Shown in pieces: positions 41,911 through 51,975 of a DNA stretch of 64,000 nt. A program made the position numbers and the translations under genes. Every line of letters starts with the position of its first letter. The stretch's first letter is position 1. Under the pieces are notes generated by a model. It did not search any database. It was given only the letters and a program-made list of their open reading frames with translations, and had not been told where the DNA came from. Source of the stretch: the human T2T-CHM13v2.0 reference genome, Homo sapiens; the NCBI RefSeq assembly GCF_009914755.1, contig NC_060934.1, one strand, 5' to 3'.

Positions 41911-43802
41911 TCAAATGATTGATTCCTCAGTTATAACGAGGGGGTTATATTGGGTTTTAAGATACATAAGTTTGACATAAGCTATGTGTTGCTTTATAAA
42001 GTTAAGAAACCAATTTAACATGCAAGGCCTGAAGACTAAACCTAACAAGAGGAGGAGGAGAGGTCCCGCCAACCCAGTAATTAGAGTAGTTAGCCATGGA
42101 TTCCGGTTGAACATATTTTGGTACCGGGGGTGTTATTTTCTCGTTCTTGCTGGCGTCTATCTAGATTTTCTCTAACTCTTTGAAGAGTATTTTTATGACT
42201 CCAGACTGGTTTGCATAGAAACAACAACTTTCTTCTAGTGCTGCGCATAAACCTCCTTAGGAGAGAAATAGCAGGTCTAAGCCTCGGCAGTTTTGAAGAA
42301 CTACTTCAGTTAGAGACTCTACCTGGGTATGTAGTATATTTACGGCTGATTGGAGATTGTTTAAATCAGCATCTACTTGTTGAGATAGGGATATTAATCC
42401 AGTTTCTCCTTGAATCAGGGCACTCATGCCGATGGCTGCTGACCCAGCTGTGCTAAGGCCGGCTAGAAGGGGTACAAGGAGTGGGGCAGCTTGGCGAAAC
42501 CTTAACTGCAACTCAGCGGGGGGCAATGAGAGGTTGTCCTTCTGGCCCACTGTAGACATAGACCTGGGGCAGTACATGAACCAACACGCATAGGAGAGGT
42601 CCAGGTTCAGTCCCGTTGATGCAGCGAGTGAGGCCTGAAGTGCAGGCCAACCAAGTATTGTTGGGTGCCTGGTAGGAGACTGAGGCATTTAAGAAAGTAA
42701 GTAGAGATTGACTACAGGTAGCCTGAAAGGGAGAAGCAGGTAAGTTGTACCCGGCGCTAATTAGACAGGAGGCGTTCCCTGACATGTCTCCTAGTGTAAG
42801 GACATGGGGGCATGTATGACAAAAAAAGAGTTAATTTTAAGTGTGGCTTCTACTCCCAATCCAACATAATATGGGGGCTTGGCCTTTAGGCATAACCAAC
42901 AATCTTGGGCTAGTCTAGCCTGGGTGAGATTAAAGAGGTGATGTACCCCATCCAGAATGGACATCAGACTGGGTTGGAGGTGTTGTCGTTGCAGCTGAGG
43001 TCTATGAACCAGGAATGCTGGTGGGACAGTTGAATCGACCCTGTCTGGGTGTTTTTGGAACATTGGGTCACCTAAATCAGTTAATGGTCCGATTGGCTTA
43101 GGAGGGCTCCATGGGACCAGGATTTTCTGCTGGATGGTGAGCAGAGTTCCAACATCAAATCCTGAGATATAAAGCCTTAATCCCCATGACATGCCGTAAT
43201 ACCACTGAGTTAAACTAGGGTTATGGACAGTTATAGTAAGAAGATTGCAGTTTCCCATAGTACACTGTCTAGAACAGGAAGTGCGGGCTATGGATAGGGT
43301 TGAGGACCTCGTTGATTCTCCAGAGTAAGTGGCCAAGTTTACACACCTCCAGTAAGGACAGAAAAACTGGTAAGAATCTCGACAACTAGAGTCGGGGTGA
43401 TTTCCAGGACAGAGGTAAAAGTTAATGCTCTGGAGTCCTTTCTTTGCACCCTTGGAACTTCCACATCCAGTCTGGCTTCCGGTGTGTCCAAGCCCTGTAG
43501 CGAGGTCGACGTTCCCTACTCCTATGATCGGCAGATTGCATTGCTCTTTGAGGGTACGGGCAGGCACTGGAAACAAAGCACATAAATCGACTGCAAAAGA
43601 GACTTCCTTGGAGGTTCCCACCTTCCAGGTGGTGTTGGCAAACACGTCCTGTCATGAAAGAGGTGAGGAGAAAAGAGTAGGAAGGGGCAGGGGGCATAAC
43701 AGGCATAAACAAACAAAAGAGGTAAATAAAAAGAATAAATTTGGTGGCTTCACTTGACTTAGGCGCAGTTTTAAGGGGCCTGGCCCGGGCTTGGGGACCC
43801 AT
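41911..43802 (-). pseudogene. env: HERV-T env, 5 frameshifts and 1 nonsense codon
   Basis: MGPQARARPLKTAPK + signal peptide, SU with CWLC, mutated furin site RFRQ, fusion peptide APLLVPLLAGL, ISD LQNCRGLDLLFLS*, CX6CC (CAALEESCC), TM anchor, tail ending ITEESII*. Confidence 0.93.
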
Positions 43803-46800
43803 GTTTCTTGCTGGCCTTTGTTGGCCTTTTTGATGCAGGAGTGATGAATCCAAGCAGGAATGCCATCTACTTTCAGAGCCGTCGGCGTGGTGAGGATGAC
43901 AGTATGAGATCCTTTCTAGGCAGGAGTGAGTCCTTCCTTCTGGAACCTTTTAACATACACCAGGTCACCCTGCTGAAAAGAGTGGCAGGGTCCCGTCTGG
44001 TCAGGAACTGGATTGGGGTGTGCTCCCCGGACAAGTGGCTGGATGATGTCTTGTACCTGTTGGAGAGACTGCAGGTACTGTAACAAATTAGCTTGTGAGA
44101 TTTCTGCTGAATGGGTATCCCTTAGCTTAGGCAAGACAGGCGGAGCCCTTCCATACATGATTTCAAAAGGTGAAAAACCAGCCTGGCAAGGGGTGCATCT
44201 TACTCTAAGAAGGGCTGAAGGAAGGAGCTTTACCCAATTTTCACCAGTTTCTAAGATTAATTTGGTAAGAGTACTTTTTAGGGTGTGGTTCATGCATTCT
44301 ACTTGTCTAGAGCTCTGGGGTCAATAGGCACAATGGAGTTTCCACTGAATGTTTAATGCCTTGCTAACCAACTGAGCTATGGACGAGGTGAAGGCTGGTC
44401 CATTATCAGACCCTATGGCAACAGGCAGTCCATGTCGAGGGATGATTTCATTGAATAAAAGCCTAACTGCCATGGTAGCAGTTTTGTTTTTGGTGGCAAA
44501 TGCCTCAGTCTATCCAGAAAAGGTGTCTAGTAGCACCAGGATGTATTTATATCCTGCCCGGTGTGGTTTTACCTTCGTAAAGTCAATTTCCCACCTTTCT
44601 CCTGGCGAGCCTCCCCGGAGGCAGTGACGTGGGCTGGGTTTAGGACCTTGTTTGGCGTTTACCTGAGCACTAGCCGTATGCTGGAGAGCTGCTTGGTTAG
44701 TTAAGTCCTGAAGGTGGGGGATCTTGAAATGGCTCTTTAAAAGCTGGGCCAGTTTTACTCCTCCCAGATGGGTGGTAGAATGTAGATGATTGATTAAAGC
44801 TTCCCCGAGAGCTTGGGGCATGAAGATTCTGAAATCAGGAAGAATCCACCAACCTTCCTGATTTTTACTGGCCTGAAGATCCGAAGTTTGTTTTTCTTCC
44901 TCTGGGGAGTATTCTGGGTGGCCTGGCAAGTCTGGTTGCGGAAAGGACACAGCGGGCAGCAGGGTGAAAGGCACGACCAGGAGCCGAGCTGCCTCTCAAG
45001 CTGCAGAATCTGCTCTTTGGTTACCTCGAGCAACGGCCGTGTCTTCTCTTTGATGTCCTTTGCAGTGAATTACAGCCACCTGCTGAGGGAGCCAAACAGC
45101 TTCAAGCAGGGTCAAAATTTCTTCTTTGTCTTTTATAGTTTTACCCGCGGAGGTGAGTAGCCCTCGCTCTTGATAGATGGCTCCACGTGCATGTGTAGTA
45201 GCAAAAGCGTATCTGCTGTCAGTGCAGATATTAATACATTTGTCCTTACCCCATCAGAGGGCCTGAGTGAGGGCAACCAATTCAGCCCTTTGTGCCAAAG
45301 TACCTGCCAGCAGTGCCTGGGCCCACAGTACATATGAATCTATAGTAACGGCCGCACCAGCCTTTCGTACTCCCTGTTTAAGGAAGCTGCTGCTGTCTGT
45401 AAACACAGTGGTATCTGCCTCCTTTAGAAGCACATCTTGGAGATCAGGTCGCCCAGTTTCTGTAGTCTCTAACAGTTCTTGGCAGTCATGGACAGGTGTG
45501 GTAAGGTGTGGATCAGGGAGCAAGGTAGCTGGATTTAAACACCTTGTGAGAGAGAAAGTTAAATGAGGCTGATCTAACAGTAAGCTCTGATACTGCAGGA
45601 TGCGAGCATTCGACATCCATTTGCCAGAGGCACTTCGTAGCAAATTCTCTATGGCATGAGGAGCCGTGAGGGTTAAATTCTGGCCCAGAGTCAGTTTATC
45701 AGCCTCCTGGACCAGGCTTGCTGTTGCCCCTACAGCTCACAGACAACTTGGCCACCAGGAGGCCTCAGGGTCTAGTCTCTTAGACAAGTAGGCCACTGGG
45801 CATTGCCATGGTCCCAAAGTCTAAGTGAGTACCCCTTTAGTGACTCCCTGGCTTTCATGAACAAAAAGGTGAAATGGTTTTGAGATATTTGGGAGGACAA
45901 GAGCAGGGGCCTCCGTTAATACCTTTTTCAGGTTTAGAAAAGCCTGTTCTTCTTTGTCAGTCCAAACTAGCGGGCCATTAACTCCAGTAGCGGTATAAAG
46001 GGGCTTGGTGATTTCCGCGAACCCTAATATCCATAGGTGACTGTCCCACAGCCCCCGGGAATTCATGTACCTGTCTTTTGGTGGTGGGAGTGGAGATTCG
46101 CAGGATGGCCTTCTTTCAAGCACTGGTGAGTGCCCTTTTTCCCTTGTTTATCTCGTACCCCAGGTAGGAAACTCTGGGAAGACAAAGCTGGCCATTCTTG
46201 GCCGAGACCCGATACCCGAGTTCCTGAAGGAGGTAAAGTAGGTCCCTAGTATGTTGCAGGCAGCTGTCAGTAGTTTTAATAGCCAATAACAGGTGGTCTA
46301 CATACTGGAGAAGAGTGCAGTGAGGGTTACTGGCTCAGAATGGTATAAGATCCTGTTGGAGGGCTTCCCCAAAAAGGGTAGGGGAGTTTTTAAAACCCTG
46401 GGGTAATTGAGTCCAGGTTAATTGGGTGGTGTCTCCCGAGCCAGGATCTGTCCATTCAAAAGCAAAGACAGGTTGGATTTTGGGGGCCAGAGGAATAGCA
46501 AAGAAAGCATCCTTTAAGTCAAGGACAGTATACATTGTATGTTCGGGCGGGAGCAGGCTGAGTAAAGTATAAGGGTTAGGGACAGTTGGATGGATGGTAA
46601 CTGTCCACTTGTTAACTTCCTACAAATCTGTACAGGCCGGTAATCATTTGTTCCGGGTTTCTGGACCGGCAAAAATGGAGTATTCCAGGCGGACTCACAT
46701 GGTGGGAGTATACCAGCTTGTAATAGTCGCTGAATATGGGGATCGATTCCCTCTCTAGCCTGCTGACTCACAGGATATTGTTTTACCTGGATTGGCAGCA

Positions 46801-47351
46801 GTGGCCAGGAGCTCTACAACTACTGGCAGATGGTGCTTTGCCATTCCTGGGGGGTTTGATTCGGCCCAGACTCAGGGAAACAGAGTCTGTAAATCCAGTA
46901 GGAGAGGATTAGTACTATTTCCCAGCAGTTGTGAGGGTGAAACTAAGAGATATTCCTCTGACAGAGGGGTGGTTAGCAGAAGCTGAGCAGTAGGGGGTGC
47001 TGTGTCCCCTAACATGATGTGAGCTTGTTGGGCCGAGAAGGAGATGGACGTCTGTAGCTTATGAAGTAGGTCTCGTCTGAGGAGGGGGAAGGGGCACTCT
47101 GGGACTGCAAGAAATGAGTGGGTTACTCTTTTCTGTCCCAAACTCACCTCTCGTGAGTGGGTGACAGGATATTCCTGAATAGCTCCCATAGACCCTTGCA
47201 CAGCCACCTTTTTATTAGAGACACTGCCCAAGGGTATCTGCAGTACCAAGTGTTCCGCCCCGGTGTCAATTAGGAAGCGTATAGGCTGGCCCCCCAGTGT
47301 GGCAGTCACCATGGGCTCCCAGGGGCCAAGGGAGAGGGAGCCCCGGCCCCA
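43750..47351 (-). pseudogene. pol: HERV-T pro-pol (protease, RT, RNase H, integrase), disrupted
   Basis: FLIDTGA; VLDLKDAFF; LPQGFKNSP; YVDD mutated to YVDH near 46292-46303; VFTDSSS/AQRAELVAL; WEIDFT, SDNGPAF; multiple stops and frameshifts; 3' end approximate. Confidence 0.93.
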
Positions 47352-47354
47352 TCA
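47287..47354 (-). promoter_or_regulatory. gag UGA stop followed by a predicted H-type readthrough pseudoknot
   Basis: TGA (47354-47352) in frame with protease; 8-nt spacer; S1 GGGCUCCC/GGGAGCCC; S2 UGGCCCCU/GGGGGCCA; 18-nt loop. Confidence 0.75.
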
Positions 47355-48905
47355 ATCATCAGATTCCTCCGCAGCAGGGAGGGTGAGGACCTTTTTCTCT
47401 TCTGGTTTTTCTTCTGGTTTTAATGGGCATTCCATTTTCCAGTGTCCAATCTGCTTGCAATAAGTGCATTGGTTTCTTTGTAGGGGAGCCTGCTCAGCTT
47501 TTGGCCTTTCTGGCAGGGACCCGGGATCCCTTGGCCAGTGCTCTGTGATGGGGGCCCTTCTGTCTTGGCTTCTTGGATGGCAGCCACGAAGATTTTTGCC
47601 TGTCTTTTTGATGCTTTGTCAGCAGCCCTTTCAGCTGCCTGAGCTGCCTGTTTTTGCTTTTTAACCTCTCAATTGTCAAAAACTTTCTGGGCTATCTCTA
47701 AAAGTTGGCTGGTGTTCATTCCAGCAAATCCCTACAGCTTTTGTAACTTTCTTCTATCAGGGGCTGCCTGAGCCACAAATGCCAAATTAATAGCACGGCT
47801 ATTCTCGGGAGCTGCCAGGTCAAAAGGGGTATAAGTCCAATAGGCCTCTTGGAGGCATTCTAGAAACGCTCCTGGTGACTCATCGGGCCCCTGGACCACT
47901 TCAGTTGTCTTCGACAGATTCATGGGTTTTCGAGTGGCTCCCTTGATACCTGCAAGGAGATACCAATGAAAATTATCCAAAGCTCTCTTCCCACTTGAGG
48001 AGTTTGGATCCCAATCAGGCCAGGTAGAGGGAAAAACCTCCTCAAGGAGGTCTTGGGCTTCCTCCTCTGGTCTACTGGCTGATGTAAGGAAATACTTTCT
48101 GGCCTCTCTTTGGATACGGTCCCTCTCTTCAGAAGTGAAGGTTTAAAAGGAGTTGCTGACGGTCATCCCAGGTGAGCTGGTGGGTCCAGAGCACGGACTC
48201 TATCAGTGAGGTCAAGACTTGGGGCTTTTCAGAGAAGGGGGGATTATGAACCTTCCAGTTGTACAGGTCAGAAGTAGAGAAGGGGACATAAACTAAAAAT
48301 GGAGCAGAACACTCACTGCCCGGGGGGATTTGGGACTCTCTCAGTGGGAGGAGGGGGGCCACCTCCTCCAGCCAAGGCTGTAATTGGGTGGCTATAGGGA
48401 GAGAGGCCACAGGGGACGTAGTCGAGGAGACAAGGGAAGATTCTGGGGGAGCAGGAGGGTTATAGGGCGGCAGACATGGGTGAAGAAAATTTTCCTCTTC
48501 TTCAGAAGGAGGCAGTACAGGAGGAGCCGAGGGAGGGGAGGGTTGGGGCAAAAGTTTGGTCCGGCTCAAAAGGACCTTGGAGGTGGGATCATGAATGGTG
48601 CATGAGCAGAGCCGTGGAGGAGGGCTCCAGACCAAATCTAGCCATTGATCAATGTAGGGAAACTGATCGGGGTGTCTGGGAGTTCCAGCAATGACCCGCT
48701 ACACAGCCTGAACAATTGTGAGATTCAGTGACCCTTCTGGGGGCCACCCGTTACCAAACTTTGGCCATTCTACTTCACAGAGTGTCCAGAGTCTGCCCTT
48801 TTTAAGGTGGACTCCGTAATCATCTGAGAAGCCTAGAGAGAAATTCTGCAACATATATTGGAGAGTGCGCCAATCTCTACGGGGCCGGGAAGAAGAGTTT
48901 CCCAT
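47352..48905 (-). pseudogene. gag: HERV-T gag, disrupted
   Basis: MGNSSS myristoylation start, CEVEWPKFG, PSAP and LPPY late-domain motifs, VPFSTSDLYNWK, MHR VVQGPDESPGAFLE, single CCHC finger CTYCKQIGHWKMEC. Confidence 0.93.
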
Positions 48906-48940
48906 TCTGGAGGCAAATTAACAAGGTTTAAGCAGAAATA

Positions 48941-49864
48941 TTAAACCCAGCATGGATAGAGATATTCCTGGCCTGGGGGGCTGCTGAATCAGAAGAACAG
49001 AAGTATTATAACCAGAAGAAGTAGGAAAACAGCTATAGCCAACGCTTCTTGCCACATAAGGCCTGTCTTCTCAAGCTTTGAGATCTAGGGAGAGGACAAG
49101 AGGCGGCTCCGTGGGATCCTCAGCCAGTGGGACCTAGGGGACCCCCACCTTCTTCTTCTTGACTTATGGCCCAAATATCTTTGGTGTTTCCACTACTCAA
49201 AGGCAAAAAGTTTGAACTCGGCCCTTTCTTTGAAGGGTTTAAGGAGGGAGAACAGAGCCAAGTCTTGGAGGCATTGGACTTGCTGCGACACAGGGAAACG
49301 AGACGTGCGGGGTAAAGGATGCCGATGAGGAGGAAAGGGGCCACTCGGATCTTCCCAAAGGTTGGCGAGTAGCCACGGAGGGGTAAAATAAGAGTCCAGA
49401 CGGAGTAAAGCAGTATGGGCGTAGGTTTCTCTGCACAGTGCCTTATTTAAGGGCATGGGAAAAGTTACAGGATGACAGAAAAGGTGAGCAAGGAGATCAG
49501 CAGGGTGGCTATATTGGATCCACCACTAGTCTAAGGAGGAGGTGGACCAGTCATTGGGGCGTGGGGTATGGCAATCCAAACACCAGCAATCTTTATGGTG
49601 CCAGAAATTCCAAACAGGCGAATGTCTTCCACACCCTTTCCCATAACAACACCTGATTTGTTTCTGACAGAAAAGACAGGACTGGGATGGCCAGCCCAAA
49701 TGACTAATGAGAGATTTGACCTCCTGGGATAGAAGATCTGTACTGAGGACCTTGAAGAAGTCCTTGCCCAGTCGTCTTGGGCAGTATCGATGACCTGACC
49801 TACGAAATTTAGACAGACACCAAACAGGACAATAGACACGGGGGTATATAAACAAGTATGGCAA
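48941..49864 (-). pseudogene. Pre-gag leader ORF remnant: Cys/His-rich region plus C-terminal TM segment
   Basis: One frame of 308 codons with no frameshift, 4 internal stops (TAG, TAG, TAG, TGA), ending TAA 35 nt before the gag ATG; true start codon not resolved. Confidence 0.7.
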
Positions 49865-50354
49865 TTTTTATAGACAGACAAGGGGAGTGGGTCCCGTGAT
49901 GGGATCAGTCAGATGCCTGCCTGGCTGCTCCCCTTGCGGGGACTTAGGCTCCTCCTGGCATTGGCAGGCCGGTATAAACCCCCGGCTCGGATCCAGCTAT
50001 GCCCGATGCTGCCCTAAGCTTTATGAGGTCGCCACGGAACCGCAGGTGAGGGCCCTCTGAAACTCCATAGCTTTCGCCATGGAGCTACAAACTAGAAATT
50101 CAAGCACAAGCCCTTGAACTCCACATTTACTCACTCACTCACAGAGTTTATTACAATTTTTTATACCCGTTTAAAACCGAGGTCTCCTAGAGACCTGAAC
50201 GAGAGAAGGAGAAGAGACAGAGAGAGACTAGACTTAACAGAGAAGCCTGACAGAAACCAGGACGCTGTCCTCCAGCATCCTAGAGTGTGGACAGAGTCTG
50301 AGGGAGAAACCTAGTCAGGGCCATTTCCCTCCCAGGGAGACAGAGTCAGATCTG

Positions 50355-50363
50355 ACTTACCTT
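50355..50363 (-). promoter_or_regulatory. Major splice donor of the provirus
   Basis: Minus strand AAG/GTAAGT, consensus, about 190 nt downstream of the PBS. Confidence 0.75.
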
Positions 50364-50546
50364 CCCGGGACCGGAGACTGAGGACTCAGGAGTTGAATTT
50401 GGTTGGGCACACCAGCAGTTGATCCGTTCCCCTCTGGAAGACGGTGGCCTACGGGGCCCTGGAGCATCTTTAGGTGGCGCCTACCCTGTAAGCCCGCCGT
50501 TGCTCCGGGGGAGCCCGGAACGAGTCCGGCCCTCACCCGGTGGCGG

Positions 50547-50564
50547 ATCTCGCTGGGGCCTCCA
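50547..50564 (-). promoter_or_regulatory. Primer binding site, tRNA-Thr
   Basis: Minus strand TGGAGGCCCCAGCGAGAT, 3 nt after the 5' LTR; complementary to the recalled tRNA-Thr(UGU) 3' end ...AUCUCGCUGGGGCCUCCA. Confidence 0.9.
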
Positions 50565-50567
50565 AAG

Positions 50568-51089
50568 TGTCATAACCGAGAGAGTTATAGAGAAACACCA
50601 CACTCCGAGACTACTTCAGGAGTCCTTCATTGCCGGCGACCGAGAGACAGCTAGAGCTCAAAAATTCTCTCGGCCCTGAAGAAGGGGCTAGATTTCTTTT
50701 TATACCTTGGTCTAAAAAGTGGAGGGGGAGCCTAGCTGAAGCAATTTTACCGAAGCAGAACAAGCAAAAAGTTAAAAGATAAGTGATTACAGAAACAGTT
50801 ACAGAAAAAATAAATAGTTCCAGATGCAGGGGCTTAAACTATCACACAGAGATAAATGCAGGGGCTTTGGGTACCATCAACCAAGTGCGTTCCCAGGGGC
50901 TGCTGATATAGCTTGCCTCAGTATCTTACCAGTAATTGGATTCCTGAATGTGCTTGGAGTCAGCTTGCACCAGTTATGTCCTTAAGGGAGGGGGATAAGG
51001 GGCTGCAAGTGAATAAACCAAAATGGAGTCTGTCCGGCTCTCTCAGCTAAGTGAGAGTCAATCAGGTTAAAACAAGGTAGGGTATCACA
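50568..51089 (-). mobile_element. 5' LTR (LTR6-type), 522 bp
   Basis: About 93% identical to 41368-41886; TATAAAA at 50704-50698; poly(A) signal mutated to AATGAA. Confidence 0.92.
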
Positions 51090-51369
51090 AGATTACTTTG
51101 GGCTCAAACAAATAATTCAGCATAATGTTCTCATCACAAGGTCAGCGGATTAGCAATCTTAATTCCATCTGTCTCCTTAAAATCTCTTTGCCATATAACC
51201 CAAGAAATTCAAAAATTCCAGGGATTAGAATGTTCATACCTTTGGGGAAACATTCTCCGTATTATATAACCATTCTGAGGCCCCTACTAAATCATAAGCT
51301 AAAACTTATGATGATTATCTGGGTCCAGCATCCTTGGGGGGCATTTCGATCACAACCTTTGTTTTCCCA

Positions 51370-51975
51370 ACTATGCAGAAAATGATTAACAGCAGGCCAA
51401 GCTTTTCAAACCCTGTACCTTCTAGATAAAAGCTGATTTTCAGAACTGGGCCTTGCCCAAGCCCCTGGGATATAACCTTTGAGCTGTTGGAATATTCTGC
51501 CTGATTAGATTGTTTTTGTATTCCTGATTCCTTGGGCCACACTGAACCGGTGTTACCAGATAACTTTATCCTGTGTGATTCATGGTGAATGCCTGTTTTT
51601 GCTGTGAGAGGGCTGGAGTCTGAGTAGATAGTCGGTCATGCAGGCCCTGCACATATATGTGACTAATCCGCAATAAAAACCCTGGACTCAAAGCTCAGAT
51701 CAGCTCTCCTGGTTGGCAACACTTTGAACATATTGTCACACACAGATGCTGGGAGAATGCACCAAGTCCTTGTTTGACTTTACTAGAGGAAACACTTGAA
51801 AAATGCTCCTGGTTTTTCCCAGATTTCTCCTATACTCCTTTTTCCCTTTGCTGATCCCAAAGTGTATCCTTTTTCTGTAATAAACCGTAAGCGTGAATAC
51901 AACAGCTTTTATGTCCTGTGAGTCTTTCTAGTGATTCATTGAGCCCAAGAGTGGTCTCGGGGAACCCCACCAACA
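51370..51975 (+). mobile_element. MER21-family LTR
   Basis: caataaaaaccctggac, cctggttggcaacactt, gtaataaaccgtaagcgtgaatacaacagc, gtggtctcggggaacccc end. Confidence 0.7.

Larger units (their letters stand above)
41368..51089 (-). mobile_element. Full-length HERV-T (HERV-S71) provirus, 9722 bp
   Basis: Paired LTRs, TSD agat (41364-41367, 51090-51093), tRNA-Thr PBS, gag-pro-pol-env order, Env closely resembling ERVS71-1 Env. Confidence 0.95.
40380..51290 (-). mobile_element. MLT1E-like MaLR LTR split into three pieces (40380-40463, 41047-41367, 51090-51290)
   Basis: tagtttcctgtgactgctg; ttccagcttctg; tataagggccctgt; aaggtcagcggattagcaatcttaattccatctg; ccagggattagaatg are collinear once the two insertions are removed. 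Confidence 0.75.

Noticed and set aside
42791-43645. 284-aa env ORF as an expressed, co-opted receptor-blocking protein
   Set aside because: It starts at a non-ATG codon after the frameshift that removes the signal peptide; it is not the intact ERVS71-1 type of locus.
50547-50564. tRNA-Thr-like sequence as a tRNA gene
   Set aside because: Only the 18 nt matching the 3' end including CCA are present; this is the retroviral PBS.
43397-50679. Plus-strand (antisense) ORFs within the provirus as an HBZ/ASP-like gene
   Set aside because: Short and scattered; explained by codon bias of the opposite coding strand.
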